Both the position numbers and the translations under genes were made by a program. This document shows positions 48,548 through 58,245 of a stretch of 64,000 bases of DNA, piece after piece (position 1 is the stretch's first letter; each line of letters opens with the position of its first letter). The stretch is from Candidatus Iainarchaeum sp. (GTDB taxonomy: Archaea > Iainarchaeota > Iainarchaeia > Iainarchaeales > JAAZKV01). Under the pieces are notes generated by a model. The model saw nothing but the letters and a program-made list of their open reading frames with translations. It was not told where the DNA came from and made no database searches. The stretch is taken from the NCBI GenBank assembly GCA_012799645.1, contig JAAZKV010000007.1:3355-67354 (forward strand), read 5' to 3'.

Positions 48548-51343
48548 TTAAAATTTTTTCAGAAATTTTCCAGTGTAACTTTTTTTGTTTTCCGTTATTT
48601 CTTCAGGCGTTCCAGCAACAATTACTTCCCCACCTTCTTCCCCTCCTTCGGGCCCAAGGTCAATTATGTGATCTGCTGATTTTATTACATCCAAATTGTG
48701 TTCAATTACTACAACAGTGTTTCCTTTATCCACTAGCACTTGTAAAACATCAAGAAGTTTTTTAATATCATGAAAGTGTAATCCTGTTGTTGGTTCATCA
48801 AGCAAATATAGTGTTTTTCCTGTTCCTCTTTTTGCTAATTCTTTTGTTAGTTTTATTCTTTGTGCTTCTCCGCCGGATAGCGTGGTTGAGCTTTGTCCAA
48901 GTTTTATATACCCTAATCCCACAGAGTTTAGTGTCCCTAATTTTTGTCTTATTCCTGGAATTGAGCCAAAGTGTTTTGTTGCTTCTTCCACTGTCATATT
49001 CAATACTTCTGCAATGTTTTTACCATTATAAGTTACTGTGAGTGTTTCTTCATTGTATCTTTTTCCTTTACATTCTTCACACTCAACATAAACATCAGGT
49101 AAAAAATTCATTTCTATTTTTATTGTCCCGTCCCCGCAACACTTTTCACATCTCCCCCCTGGTAAATTAAAAGAAAACCTTCCTTGGTCATAACCCCTCA
49201 TTTTTGCTTCTTTTGTTTGAGCAAAAAGAGCCCGTATCTCATCAAACACTTTTATGTAAGTCGCAGGATTTGATCTAGGAGTTCTTCCAATTGGAGATTG
49301 ATCAATTATAATCACTTTATCTATTTCTCCATTAATTATTATTTCATCGTGTTTTCCAGGAGTAATTGTTGATGCACCCAATCCAAGTTTTTTCATTAAT
49401 CCTTTTTGAATAATTTCTTCCATTAATGTTGATTTTCCTGAACCACTAACTCCAGTCAAACAAGTAAATACTCTAAGTGGAATAGTAACATCAATATTTT
49501 TTAAATTATTTTCTTTACACCCTTTAAAAATAATGCTTCCTTCATTTGTTCTTCTTTTTTTAGGAGTAGGAATGCTAAGTTTTCCTGATAAGTATTGTCC
49601 AGTAATTGAATCAGGGTTTTTTTCTATTTCTTTTGGTGTTCCAACAGCCACTACTTTTCCACCATTAGTTCCTGCCCCTGGACCAATATCAACAACATAA
49701 TCAGCATTTCTAATTGTATCCTCATCATGTTCAACAACAAGAAGAGTATTCCCCAAATCTCTTAATTTGTGAAGAGTTTCAACCAATTTGTTATTATCTC
49801 TTTGGTGCAATCCAATTGAAGGTTCATCAAGAATATACAACACGCCCATTAAGTTTGATCCTATTTGGGTTGCAAGTCTTATTCTTTGTGCTTCCCCACC
49901 AGAAAGAGTTCCTGATTGGCGAGAAATAGTTAAATAACCCAAACCAACATCATTTAGAAATTTTAATCTTGAAATGATTTCCTTCAAAACAAGACGGGAT
50001 ATTTCTTTTTCTTTTTCAGAAATATTAACATTGTTAAAAAAATCCAGTGCCTTCACCACTGATAAATCAGTTATATCAGTTATTGATTTTTCCGCAACCC
50101 TAACAGAAAGAACTTTATCTTTCAATCTTTTCCCCTTACACTTTGGACACTCTCTTGTTTTCATAAATTTTTGTAAATCATTTTTTCTATATTCACTTTC
50201 TGTTTGCAAATACAATCTATCCGATTGTGGAATTAATCCTTCCCACCCATTTTTATAAACCATACTTGCCCCACTACTCCATTTAGCATTTATTGGAGTG
50301 GGATCACCATACAATAAAATATCCAATTGTTTTTTTGAAAATTTTTCTATTGGAGTAAACAAATCAAATCCGTGCACTTTTCCAACCACTGCGAGTTGTT
50401 GACCTCTCCAAGACAAATCTAATTTTCCATAAATATCAATAGCCCCATCAATAATGCTTAATGATTTATCAGGAATAATTAAATCCGGATCAAATTCTAT
50501 TTTCACTCCAAGCCCTTTACATTCCTCACACGCTCCAAAAGGAGAATTGAATGAAAACATTCTTGGTTGAAGTTCTTCAAAACTCATTCCACAAACAGGA
50601 CACATTAATGCACTAGAATATAATTTTTCTCTTTCTCGCGCATCAATCACAAGCACTCTCCCATCGGCTCTTTTTAGTGCAACTTCCACTGCTTCAACTA
50701 ATCTCTTTTTATCTTTTAAATTTACTTTATCAACCACAATTTCAATATCATGCATTTGGTATTTTGGGAGAGAAATTTTTTCGGTTGTTGAAATAATTTT
50801 TTTATCCACTCTTACTTTTGAAAACCCTTCTTTTCCCAAATCAACAATGTATTGTTCATATGTTCCTTTTTTTTGTCTAATAATTGGAGCAAGAATTGTT
50901 ACTTCCCCACTCGCGTATTGTTGTTTTATTCTTTTAGCGATTTGTTCAGGAGTTTGTGATTCAATTTTTACATTATGGGTTGGACAATAAGGAACACCAA
51001 TTCTAGCAAACAATAATCTTAAATAATCATAAATTTCAGTTACTGTCCCAACAGTTGAACGAGGATTATTTGAAGATGATTTTTGTTCAATAGAAATTGC
51101 TGGAGAAAGCCCATCAATTGAATCAACATCAGGTTTATTCATTACCCCAATAAATTGCCTAGCATAAGCACTCAAAGACTCAACATACCTTCTTTGTCCT
51201 TCTGCATAAATAGTGTCAAAAGCAAGAGTGCTTTTACCCGAACCAGAAATACCAGTGAGAACAACAAATTTATCTCTTGGAATAATTAAATTAATGTTTT
51301 TCAAATTATGCTGTCTTGCACCACGAATAACAATATCTTTCAT
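48548..51343 (-). CDS. uvrA: Excinuclease ABC subunit A
   Basis: MKDIVIRGARQHNLKNI, two Walker A motifs (GISGSGKST, GVSGSGKST), LSGGE signatures, zinc modules CPVCG, CEECKG, CEKCCGDG. Confidence 0.95.
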   Translation of the reverse strand: MKDIVIRGARQHNLKNINLIIPRDKFVVLTGISGSGKSTLAFDTIYAEGQRRYVESLSAYARQFIGVMNKPDVDSIDGLSPAISIEQKSSSNNPRSTVGTVTEIYDYLRLLFARIGVPYCPTHNVKIESQTPEQIAKRIKQQYASGEVTILAPIIRQKKGTYEQYIVDLGKEGFSKVRVDKKIISTTEKISLPKYQMHDIEIVVDKVNLKDKKRLVEAVEVALKRADGRVLVIDAREREKLYSSALMCPVCGMSFEELQPRMFSFNSPFGACEECKGLGVKIEFDPDLIIPDKSLSIIDGAIDIYGKLDLSWRGQQLAVVGKVHGFDLFTPIEKFSKKQLDILLYGDPTPINAKWSSGASMVYKNGWEGLIPQSDRLYLQTESEYRKNDLQKFMKTRECPKCKGKRLKDKVLSVRVAEKSITDITDLSVVKALDFFNNVNISEKEKEISRLVLKEIISRLKFLNDVGLGYLTISRQSGTLSGGEAQRIRLATQIGSNLMGVLYILDEPSIGLHQRDNNKLVETLHKLRDLGNTLLVVEHDEDTIRNADYVVDIGPGAGTNGGKVVAVGTPKEIEKNPDSITGQYLSGKLSIPTPKKRRTNEGSIIFKGCKENNLKNIDVTIPLRVFTCLTGVSGSGKSTLMEEIIQKGLMKKLGLGASTITPGKHDEIIINGEIDKVIIIDQSPIGRTPRSNPATYIKVFDEIRALFAQTKEAKMRGYDQGRFSFNLPGGRCEKCCGDGTIKIEMNFLPDVYVECEECKGKRYNEETLTVTYNGKNIAEVLNMTVEEATKHFGSIPGIRQKLGTLNSVGLGYIKLGQSSTTLSGGEAQRIKLTKELAKRGTGKTLYLLDEPTTGLHFHDIKKLLDVLQVLVDKGNTVVVIEHNLDVIKSADHIIDLGPEGGEEGGEVIVAGTPEEITENKKSYTGKFLKKF

Positions 51344-51508
51344 AAAAAACACATTTATCAAATAGTTAATAAATTATTTGAAAAAGGATCAAGCACGCCA
51401 ATTATAATATTATTATAATATTAAAATTAAAAAATCAATTATTCAAACACTTTTATTCCAACACTTTTATGTTAACACTTTAACACGAACACTTTAACAC
51501 CAATACTT

Positions 51509-52459
51509 TTATGCTAACACTTTTTGTTTCATTAAAGAATCAATTTTTTCTTTTTGCTCTTCACTTAACTCCCCAATTTCTGGGTAAAAAAAGGATTGAG
51601 TTATTCCTTTTCCTGATAAATAGTATTTTATTAATTGTATTCTTGAACGCATTGGAAAATATTCTCTAATAAATGACAAAAATGAAGAATTCTTTTTTAT
51701 TGTTGAAATATAATCAAGTGAATCAATTTCTTTTATTGATTCCAAAAAAAACTTTGGGTAAATATTTGCTAAAAAAGGAACTATTCCTGAACAATTAAGA
51801 TTCATTGAATCGTAAAACAATTCATCAGGTTCTTGATATATTTTCACTACTTGTGAATAGTTTGATAATGATTTAAAGTAGTCTATATTTCGTGAAGCAT
51901 CAATAAATCCAACAATTCTTTCCCACCCAGCAATTTTGTCAAAAGCAACCATTGGAACATTTCGTTTGAACAAAAAAGGATTGTTGTAAATAAAAATATT
52001 TGATTTTGTTCTGTTAAATAATTCTTCAAAAAAATCCATAAAAAATATTTCATTTGTTAATCCAGAGAAAGGAACATTAATTACACAAAAATCCGCGTGT
52101 TTTTCTGCAAATAATACTTGTTCAATTATTTGTTCGCTTGATTCCCCAAAACAACCAACAATAATAGTTGCTTTTTTTGAAAATTCTCTTTCAACATAAT
52201 TAATTATTTGTTTTTTTTCTTCAAATGATATAAAATCATATTCAGAAAAACTACTAAACAAAAAAAAGTTCCTAACTCCTCTATTTAGTAACCAAGAGAT
52301 GTGTGTTTTTAGTGAAATAAAATCAATCGAAAGATCTTCATTAAGTGGAGTAACTAGCGGAACAATTAGTCCTTTTATATTTCCAACCGAAAGTGATTTT
52401 TGTTTTGATTTTTGATTTGGTTTTTGTTTTCTTTCCAACCACACAAAAATCCCCCCCAA
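51509..52459 (-). CDS. DapA/NAL (class I aldolase) family protein lacking the expected Schiff-base lysine
   Basis: GLIVPLVTPLNED, IYNNP (YNxP), IVGFIDAS where IxGIK[ED][AS][ST] is expected. The start codon is uncertain (TTG 52459 or GTG 52444). Confidence 0.65.
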   Translation of the reverse strand: MGGIFVWLERKQKPNQKSKQKSLSVGNIKGLIVPLVTPLNEDLSIDFISLKTHISWLLNRGVRNFFLFSSFSEYDFISFEEKKQIINYVEREFSKKATIIVGCFGESSEQIIEQVLFAEKHADFCVINVPFSGLTNEIFFMDFFEELFNRTKSNIFIYNNPFLFKRNVPMVAFDKIAGWERIVGFIDASRNIDYFKSLSNYSQVVKIYQEPDELFYDSMNLNCSGIVPFLANIYPKFFLESIKEIDSLDYISTIKKNSSFLSFIREYFPMRSRIQLIKYYLSGKGITQSFFYPEIGELSEEQKEKIDSLMKQKVLA

Positions 52460-52470
52460 CTCGCCAACAT

Positions 52471-53151
52471 TTATTGACCTTTTTGATTTTTTTTATCAAG
52501 ACCTTTTTTTATAATACTCCCTAAATTATCTCCAACAAGTGCTTTTTTCATTATTTCAAAAACATATCTATCAAGCGGACCCAAATCAACAACAGGGAAT
52601 GATTCTATTAATTGTTTTACTGAATCAAACTCTAAGGAAAAATATGCTAATCCAGAAATTCGTTCAACACTTTTTCCTCTATCACAAACATTTTCTTCAA
52701 ATATTGCAAAATTTATTTTTGAAAATCTTGTAGTGTAATAACCATCAACCCAAATATCATCCCCTAAAAGAACAGCATCACTTGGCAAAATATTTTTTTC
52801 TTTTAATATTTTTTGGATAAAAACTTGTTTGAAATACGAATCATTAAATTCTGGATCCGCTTCTAATTTTTGTCTATGAAGTGTTTCATCATCTTTTGTT
52901 TTTTGTGAAATGTACTCTTCATCAGCGCACCCAAAATTTTTTTTGTCAAACATTGTTTTTAAAAAACTCTTATCAAATTTTTCGTGAGCAATTTTGTTGT
53001 GATAACCAGAAATCACGTAAAGCAATATTTTGTTTTTTTCACAAAAATTTATTAATTCTTCAAAAAAAGTTTTAACTCTCCTTTCATTTGCGACGTAATC
53101 ACCAAAAGAAAATAGCACCCCTTCTGCTTCGATAAAAACTATTTTTTTCAT
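52471..53151 (-). CDS. HAD-like fold protein with a degenerate motif I
   Basis: MKKIVFIEAEGVLF (ExE in place of DxD), VISGY (motif II-like), LLGDDIWVD (motif IV-like). Confidence 0.45.
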   Translation of the reverse strand: MKKIVFIEAEGVLFSFGDYVANERRVKTFFEELINFCEKNKILLYVISGYHNKIAHEKFDKSFLKTMFDKKNFGCADEEYISQKTKDDETLHRQKLEADPEFNDSYFKQVFIQKILKEKNILPSDAVLLGDDIWVDGYYTTRFSKINFAIFEENVCDRGKSVERISGLAYFSLEFDSVKQLIESFPVVDLGPLDRYVFEIMKKALVGDNLGSIIKKGLDKKNQKGQ

Positions 53152-53232
53152 TACAATTACCCAAAATATTTGTTCTTCTTATAAAAGAAACTATAAAGTT
53201 AGGTTTTTATAGTTGATTAACGATATCAAATT

Positions 53233-53388
53233 ATGGGTTCTAAACGATCAGCAGGATTATTCTTAATCGGACTTGGATTAGGAATGGCTTTTCCTCCACT
53301 TCCAAACGAATTGAATATGATAAGAAACATTTTTTGGCTAATTTTAGTGTTATTAGGTATTTTTTTAATTATCAAAGAAGGGGACTAA
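53233..53388 (+). CDS. Possible small membrane protein (51 aa), not in the ORF track
   Basis: MGSKRSAGLFLIGLGLGMAFPP...IFWLILVLLGIFLII has two hydrophobic helices. TATA-like palindrome ctataaag..tttatag lies upstream. Confidence 0.3.
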   Translation: MGSKRSAGLFLIGLGLGMAFPPLPNELNMIRNIFWLILVLLGIFLIIKEGD

Positions 53389-53646
53389 AAAAACAAATTA
53401 AAATAACTAATAAACAAAAACAAAACAATAAACAAAAACAAAACAATAAATAAAAACAACTAACAAATAAAAACAAAACAATAAATGAAGATAAGTTAAG
53501 TTAAATCAAAACAAATTAGAACATATTATTAGAACACATTAGTGGAATATATCCTTAGAACAGATTAGATAAAATAATTAGTAAAAAAACTCATAAAAAT
53601 AGCTTATTTTAAATACTCTTATTCCTTATTTTTAGTACTGGTTTTA

Positions 53647-54801
53647 ATGATTAAAAAAATAAAAATTGGGGAAAAAGAAATTATTCTTGTTGGTACTGCA
53701 CACATTTCTAAAGAATCAATTAATCTTGTTGAAAAAACTATTGACGAAGAACAACCTGACATTATTGGAATTGAACTTGATAAAGAAAGATTGGCTCAAT
53801 TATTATCAGGAAAAAAGTGGCAAGAAACAAACATAATTGAAGTAGTGAAAACCGGCAAAACATATTTGTTTTTGTTAAATTTGCTTTTATCAAATATTCA
53901 AAAACAATTAGGAAACCAAGTGGGTGTTACTCCGGGAGCAGAAATGCTTGCTGCAATAAAAAAAGCTCAAGAAACAAAAAAACCTATTTACTTACTTGAT
54001 CGGGATGTTAGAGTAACACTAAAACGCACTTTTAGTGAAATGAGATTTTTAGAAAAACTAAAACTAGGAGGATCTTTGATTGGGGGATTTATGGGTTTTG
54101 GTGAAAGAGTAGATGCCAAAAAAATTGAAGAACTAAAACAACAAGATTTGATTAATCACTTAATGAAAGAGCTTGGAAGAGAATTTCCATCAATGAAAAA
54201 AGTGTTAGTGGATGAGAGGGATTTGTATATTGCTGAAATGATAAAACACAGCCCTGGCAAAAAAATTGTGGCGATTGTAGGAGCAGGACACTTAGAAGGA
54301 ATAGAAAAACACATTATGAGTAAAAAAAATTATGACATAAATAAATTAAACTCTATACCAAAACAAAAAAATTATTTAAAATATGTTTCTTTAATTGTTC
54401 CAATACTTTTCTTCGCAATACTAATTTATGGATTTTTTACTCAAGGAATAGAAACTTCAATCAATATTTTATTTTATTGGATAATTGCAACAGGAATTTT
54501 GTCAGGTATCGGAGCACTCATAGCACGCGCTCACCCATTCACTATCCTAACTTCAATAGTGGTTGCTCCACTCACCACTCTTCACCCTGCACTCGCTGCT
54601 GGTTGGTTCGCTGCAATAGTAGAAACAAAATACCATCCACCATTAGTAAAAGATTTTGAAGAACTATCAACTGTTGAATCAATTAGTGGATTTTACAAAA
54701 ACAGAATAACCCACATACTTTTAGTAGCTGCACTTGTAAATATAGGCGCAACAATAGGAGTACTTATCGCACTCCCGCTAATAATTTCTTTATTTGCATA
54801 A
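53647..54801 (+). CDS. TraB/GumN family protein
   Basis: ILVGTAHISKESINLV, PDIIGIELD, VDERDLYIAE, VGAGHLEGI, plus C-terminal TM helices. Confidence 0.8.
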   Translation: MIKKIKIGEKEIILVGTAHISKESINLVEKTIDEEQPDIIGIELDKERLAQLLSGKKWQETNIIEVVKTGKTYLFLLNLLLSNIQKQLGNQVGVTPGAEMLAAIKKAQETKKPIYLLDRDVRVTLKRTFSEMRFLEKLKLGGSLIGGFMGFGERVDAKKIEELKQQDLINHLMKELGREFPSMKKVLVDERDLYIAEMIKHSPGKKIVAIVGAGHLEGIEKHIMSKKNYDINKLNSIPKQKNYLKYVSLIVPILFFAILIYGFFTQGIETSINILFYWIIATGILSGIGALIARAHPFTILTSIVVAPLTTLHPALAAGWFAAIVETKYHPPLVKDFEELSTVESISGFYKNRITHILLVAALVNIGATIGVLIALPLIISLFA

Positions 54802-54841
54802 ACAAACAAAAAAAGTAATGAAATGTTGGTTTTGTTTTTAT

Positions 54842-55279
54842 TTATTCAAGTCTTGTTCCTTCAACAACAGAATCATCAATTGAAACAATTTTGTATTTTC
54901 CTTCAATTGTTTTTGCTGCAAGAATCATCCCTTGACTAACACTCCCCGCTAAAGGCCTTGGAGATAAATTGAATACAAAAACTGTTTTTTTATTTAATAA
55001 CTCTTCTTTTGTGTAGTATTGTTTTAACCCTGCAAGAATTGTACGCTTACCCATTTCTCCAAAATTAACACTGAATTTGTACAATTTATCTTTTCCAACA
55101 ACATCCTCTACCACTTCAATTTTTCCTACTCTAAGTTCAACTTTCATCCAATCATTAAAAGTAACAATGTTGTTTTGATCAACATTTTGAACAGCAACAT
55201 TTTGAACAACATCACTTTGTTTTTTTTGTTCATTATTTTTTTCTTCTATTTTATTTTCTATTTTTGTTTCATCACTCAT
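54842..55279 (-). CDS. tRNA-binding domain protein (Trbp111/CsaA/MetRS-C-like)
   Basis: VELRVGKIEVVEDV...KDKLYKFSVNFGE..RTILAGL, GMILAA. Confidence 0.8.
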   Translation of the reverse strand: MSDETKIENKIEEKNNEQKKQSDVVQNVAVQNVDQNNIVTFNDWMKVELRVGKIEVVEDVVGKDKLYKFSVNFGEMGKRTILAGLKQYYTKEELLNKKTVFVFNLSPRPLAGSVSQGMILAAKTIEGKYKIVSIDDSVVEGTRLE

Positions 55280-55340
55280 AAAATCACTAAAATATTTGTG
55301 AAAAAGAAGATTAAAATAAGTATTGAATCACTACTTTTTT

Positions 55341-56216
55341 ATGAAGAATAGTAAAAAATCAATTAAAGAGTTGAAAAAAATTCTTTTTTTGGACATTGAT
55401 GGAGTACTAACTTCTACTCCAAAATACATTCCAAACACCTCTCCAATTCTTACTCTTAAATCAATTAAAGCGATTAGTGAAGCTCAAGAATCTGGATTCA
55501 CCACTGTTTTTATTACTGCAAGATCAGTTAGAGAATTGAGATTAAAAAATGGTTTTGAGGACACTCTTAAGAAAAATAATTTATTAAAAAAAAGTTTAAT
55601 TTATGGTTCATTAGGACTGGATCAAGCCACTTACACTAATGAATTTAAAATAAAAAATGGTTCAATTGTTTATAAAAACGGTTCAGCTGTTCTTGTTAAA
55701 AAACCCTCAATGAAAAGAGAAACTTTTGCAAACCTTGATCAATTTCTTTTATACAAAATGCTTCTTGGTAGAGAAATAAAACAACAACTAAAATATGCGG
55801 GATTTGATATTAAGAAAGCAAATTATGAAGAAATAATTAATGATGCTAGAATTGGTTTTGAACTTAAAAAAAATGATTCTAGAATTAGGAAAAAACTTGT
55901 TGAACGATCTCAAAAAATTTGTGACGAACAATTTGAAACTTTTAAGAAAACAAAAAAATTCGGTTCTCCTGTAAAATTAGTTGCATTTGATATTGAAACA
56001 GGGATATCAATAAACCCAATCATACTTGGAAAACACTTTGGAGTATTAAGAGCATTAAACGAACTAGGAGTTAAACCAAATGAAAAAATAATTGCTTACG
56101 CGATGGGTGACTCCAATAGTGATGCAAAAATGAGTATTAGAAAAGATATTAAATTTATTAAAATAAAAAACAACAAACACTTTTTGGAAGAAGTTGAAAA
56201 AATAATAAAAAAATAG
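55341..56216 (+). CDS. HAD superfamily hydrolase (Cof/IIB-like)
   Basis: LFLDIDGVLT (motif I), ITARS (motif II), GDSNSDAKM (motif IV). Confidence 0.6.
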   Translation: MKNSKKSIKELKKILFLDIDGVLTSTPKYIPNTSPILTLKSIKAISEAQESGFTTVFITARSVRELRLKNGFEDTLKKNNLLKKSLIYGSLGLDQATYTNEFKIKNGSIVYKNGSAVLVKKPSMKRETFANLDQFLLYKMLLGREIKQQLKYAGFDIKKANYEEIINDARIGFELKKNDSRIRKKLVERSQKICDEQFETFKKTKKFGSPVKLVAFDIETGISINPIILGKHFGVLRALNELGVKPNEKIIAYAMGDSNSDAKMSIRKDIKFIKIKNNKHFLEEVEKIIKK

Positions 56217-56356
56217 TGAAAAAAAATAATTCATTCTTGTTAAAAAAAATTATTTAGAAAAAATGAACAACCCATCTTGCATTAATCTTTCTTTTCACCA
56301 TCTTTTATTTTATTTATTTTTCTCTTAATTCATATTATATTTATTTTTCTCTTAAT

Positions 56357-56983
56357 TTATCTTTCTTTTTTTTGTTTAATGTAAGGCAATAGTGTTCCTT
56401 TTTTTTCTGCTTCTTTAATTAAGTTTTTTGCATAAAACATTCTTTGAATAGAACCAATTAGTGAAATTAGTGCAATAAAATACAAAAAGTATTCTAAATA
56501 ATTATAGCCAAGTGCGGCTAAAAATAATCCAAAAAGTAGAACAATTAATTTGTCTGCGTGTTCCCCTATAGCTGGCCAATCCCTATTATCAGTTACAATA
56601 ATTAATCCCACTCTCGGTTTTGCGTAACTTGATATCATTGAGGTGCCCAATGCGAGAACACTTGCTAGTGGATAAAAAAACACAAAAGATCCGAGCATTA
56701 TAAAATCCACAAACTTGTCTATCATTGTTTCAAAATAATTTCCCCAATTGCTTGTTTTGTTTAATTTTTTTGCTACTGTTCCATCAATCAAATCCATTGT
56801 TGGTGCGAGTATAAAAAAAACTAGGGCAAGTAACCAATTTTGTTCATAAACAAAATAAGCTCCAATTAAAGCAAAAATTAGTCCAAGAACAGAAACCCAA
56901 TTTGGATTAACTTTTAATAATACAAAGGGACATGCTAAAGGTTCTTGTAACCACTTAATATTTTTTCTTAATTTTGATATCAT
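56357..56983 (-). CDS. CDP-alcohol phosphatidyltransferase
   Basis: DLIDGTVAKKLNKTSNWGNYFETMIDKFVD fits D-G-x2-A-[RK]-x8-G-x3-D-x3-D. Multiple TM helices. Confidence 0.85.
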   Translation of the reverse strand: MISKLRKNIKWLQEPLACPFVLLKVNPNWVSVLGLIFALIGAYFVYEQNWLLALVFFILAPTMDLIDGTVAKKLNKTSNWGNYFETMIDKFVDFIMLGSFVFFYPLASVLALGTSMISSYAKPRVGLIIVTDNRDWPAIGEHADKLIVLLFGLFLAALGYNYLEYFLYFIALISLIGSIQRMFYAKNLIKEAEKKGTLLPYIKQKKER

Positions 56984-56992
56984 AACAAAAAA

Positions 56993-57094
56993 CCCTCAAT
57001 TATAAAAAAACCTCTTAATTAAAAAAAACCTCTTAATTAAAAAAAACCTCTTAATTATAAAAAACATTCTAATTAAAAAAAACTTCTTAATTAA
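56993..57094. repeat. Tandem repeat, about 6 x 18 bp (cctcttaattaaaaaaaa and variants)
   Basis: Unit starts at 56993, 57011, 57029, 57047, 57065 and 57083, exactly 18 nt apart. Fills the whole spacer between two genes. Confidence 0.85.
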
Positions 57095-57677
57095 TTATTC
57101 TCGCTGGTTTCACTCTTTTGAGAGAACTATTATATGCTTTAACCAATCTTCTTTTAGCACTAAGTGGTCCAACAAAATTTTGAACAGTCCATTCTCTATG
57201 ATTGTGAAGATATGGTATTGATAATAATGAATCAAACACTTTTGGATTTGATCTAACATCAATCTTAACCGGAAAAGGATTGGCTACAATTCCTGTGCGT
57301 TGGGATAACAAATTGCAAAAACGCTTTTTTTCTGAATTAGGCAAATTTCCAACGAAAATAAAATCCAAATCAGAAGGAGGGGAAGCTTTCTTAACCGCAC
57401 CCCCAAAAAGAATCACTCCTTCAAAAGAAGGGTTTTTTTTTCTGAACTCACTAACCAAACCATTAAATGTGTTAAACACTTTTGTTCTAGATTTATAGGT
57501 TCGTAAAACACTCCTAGCAACCGCTCTTTCTGAAACACTCTTGCCTTTTAAAAAACGCCTTAAAGCTCCGAATCTTTTTTCTTTTGGCATATTACTTACA
57601 TTAGAAGCGAACATTAACGCTTTACGCTCCGCTCCCTTTTTTGGAAACATCTTTCTATTCTTTCTAACGGCAACCAT
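57087..57677 (-). CDS. Nucleotidyltransferase-fold (MNT-like) protein with a basic N-terminal region
   Basis: GVILFGGAVKKASPPSDLDFIFVG fits the G[SG]x9-12[DE]xD minimal NTase signature. Confidence 0.5.
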   Translation of the reverse strand: MVAVRKNRKMFPKKGAERKALMFASNVSNMPKEKRFGALRRFLKGKSVSERAVARSVLRTYKSRTKVFNTFNGLVSEFRKKNPSFEGVILFGGAVKKASPPSDLDFIFVGNLPNSEKKRFCNLLSQRTGIVANPFPVKIDVRSNPKVFDSLLSIPYLHNHREWTVQNFVGPLSAKRRLVKAYNSSLKRVKPARIIN

Positions 57678-57825
57678 TCTATGCCACCAACCAACTAAAC
57701 ACTAAAACGCTTTAGACACAGACAAATAACTAATAGTTATTTGTATTTTTAAACTAATTCTTGACAATCCACAAATATTATTTAACAAAAAACAATAATT
57801 CATTTATTTTAAAAATAAAAAAAAA

Positions 57826-58245
57826 TTACGAATTATTATACGCACCCACTTCTTTTAACATTTCTTCAGTAGTAAAAATTTTTACTCTTTTTTGTTTTTT
57901 GAATTCTTTATCATTACTCCAAATAACTGTATCTTTGTACAAAGCACAAGCAAAATACAACAAATCTTTTTTATCACTAATCAAAGTTTTTGCAGCAGGA
58001 AGATAAGGAAGCAATTCTTTATCATCAATAATTTTTATATTTTTTAATAGTATTGCAAATAAATAATTAAAATCATCTTCAGAACCTTTACTTTTTTTCA
58101 CAATCTCGCGTTTATATTTTATTATTTCTGAAAAAAGAAAAGCAGGAGCAAAGACAGTGATTGCGGAATTGGTTAAAATTTTTCTTGTACTCCCACCTTT
58201 AATGAGTGCAGCAATTAATATGTTTGCATCAACAGTTACTTTCAT
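57826..58245 (-). CDS. PIN-domain toxin (VapC-like)
   Basis: MKVTVDANILIAAL, SEII, DKKDLLYFACAL...VIWSNDKEF give the acidic-residue pattern of PIN. Confidence 0.7.
   Translation of the reverse strand: MKVTVDANILIAALIKGGSTRKILTNSAITVFAPAFLFSEIIKYKREIVKKSKGSEDDFNYLFAILLKNIKIIDDKELLPYLPAAKTLISDKKDLLYFACALYKDTVIWSNDKEFKKQKRVKIFTTEEMLKEVGAYNNS

Noticed and set aside
52444-52473. A G7 homopolymer (plus-strand ccccccc 52451-52457) as a second frameshift site that would join an ATG at 52470 to the DapA-like ORF
   Set aside because: One extra G would give MLASWGGIFVW, but that peptide has no recognisable feature. In-frame TTG and GTG starts are available, so the evidence is much weaker than for the lipoprotein signal peptide at 3409-3411.
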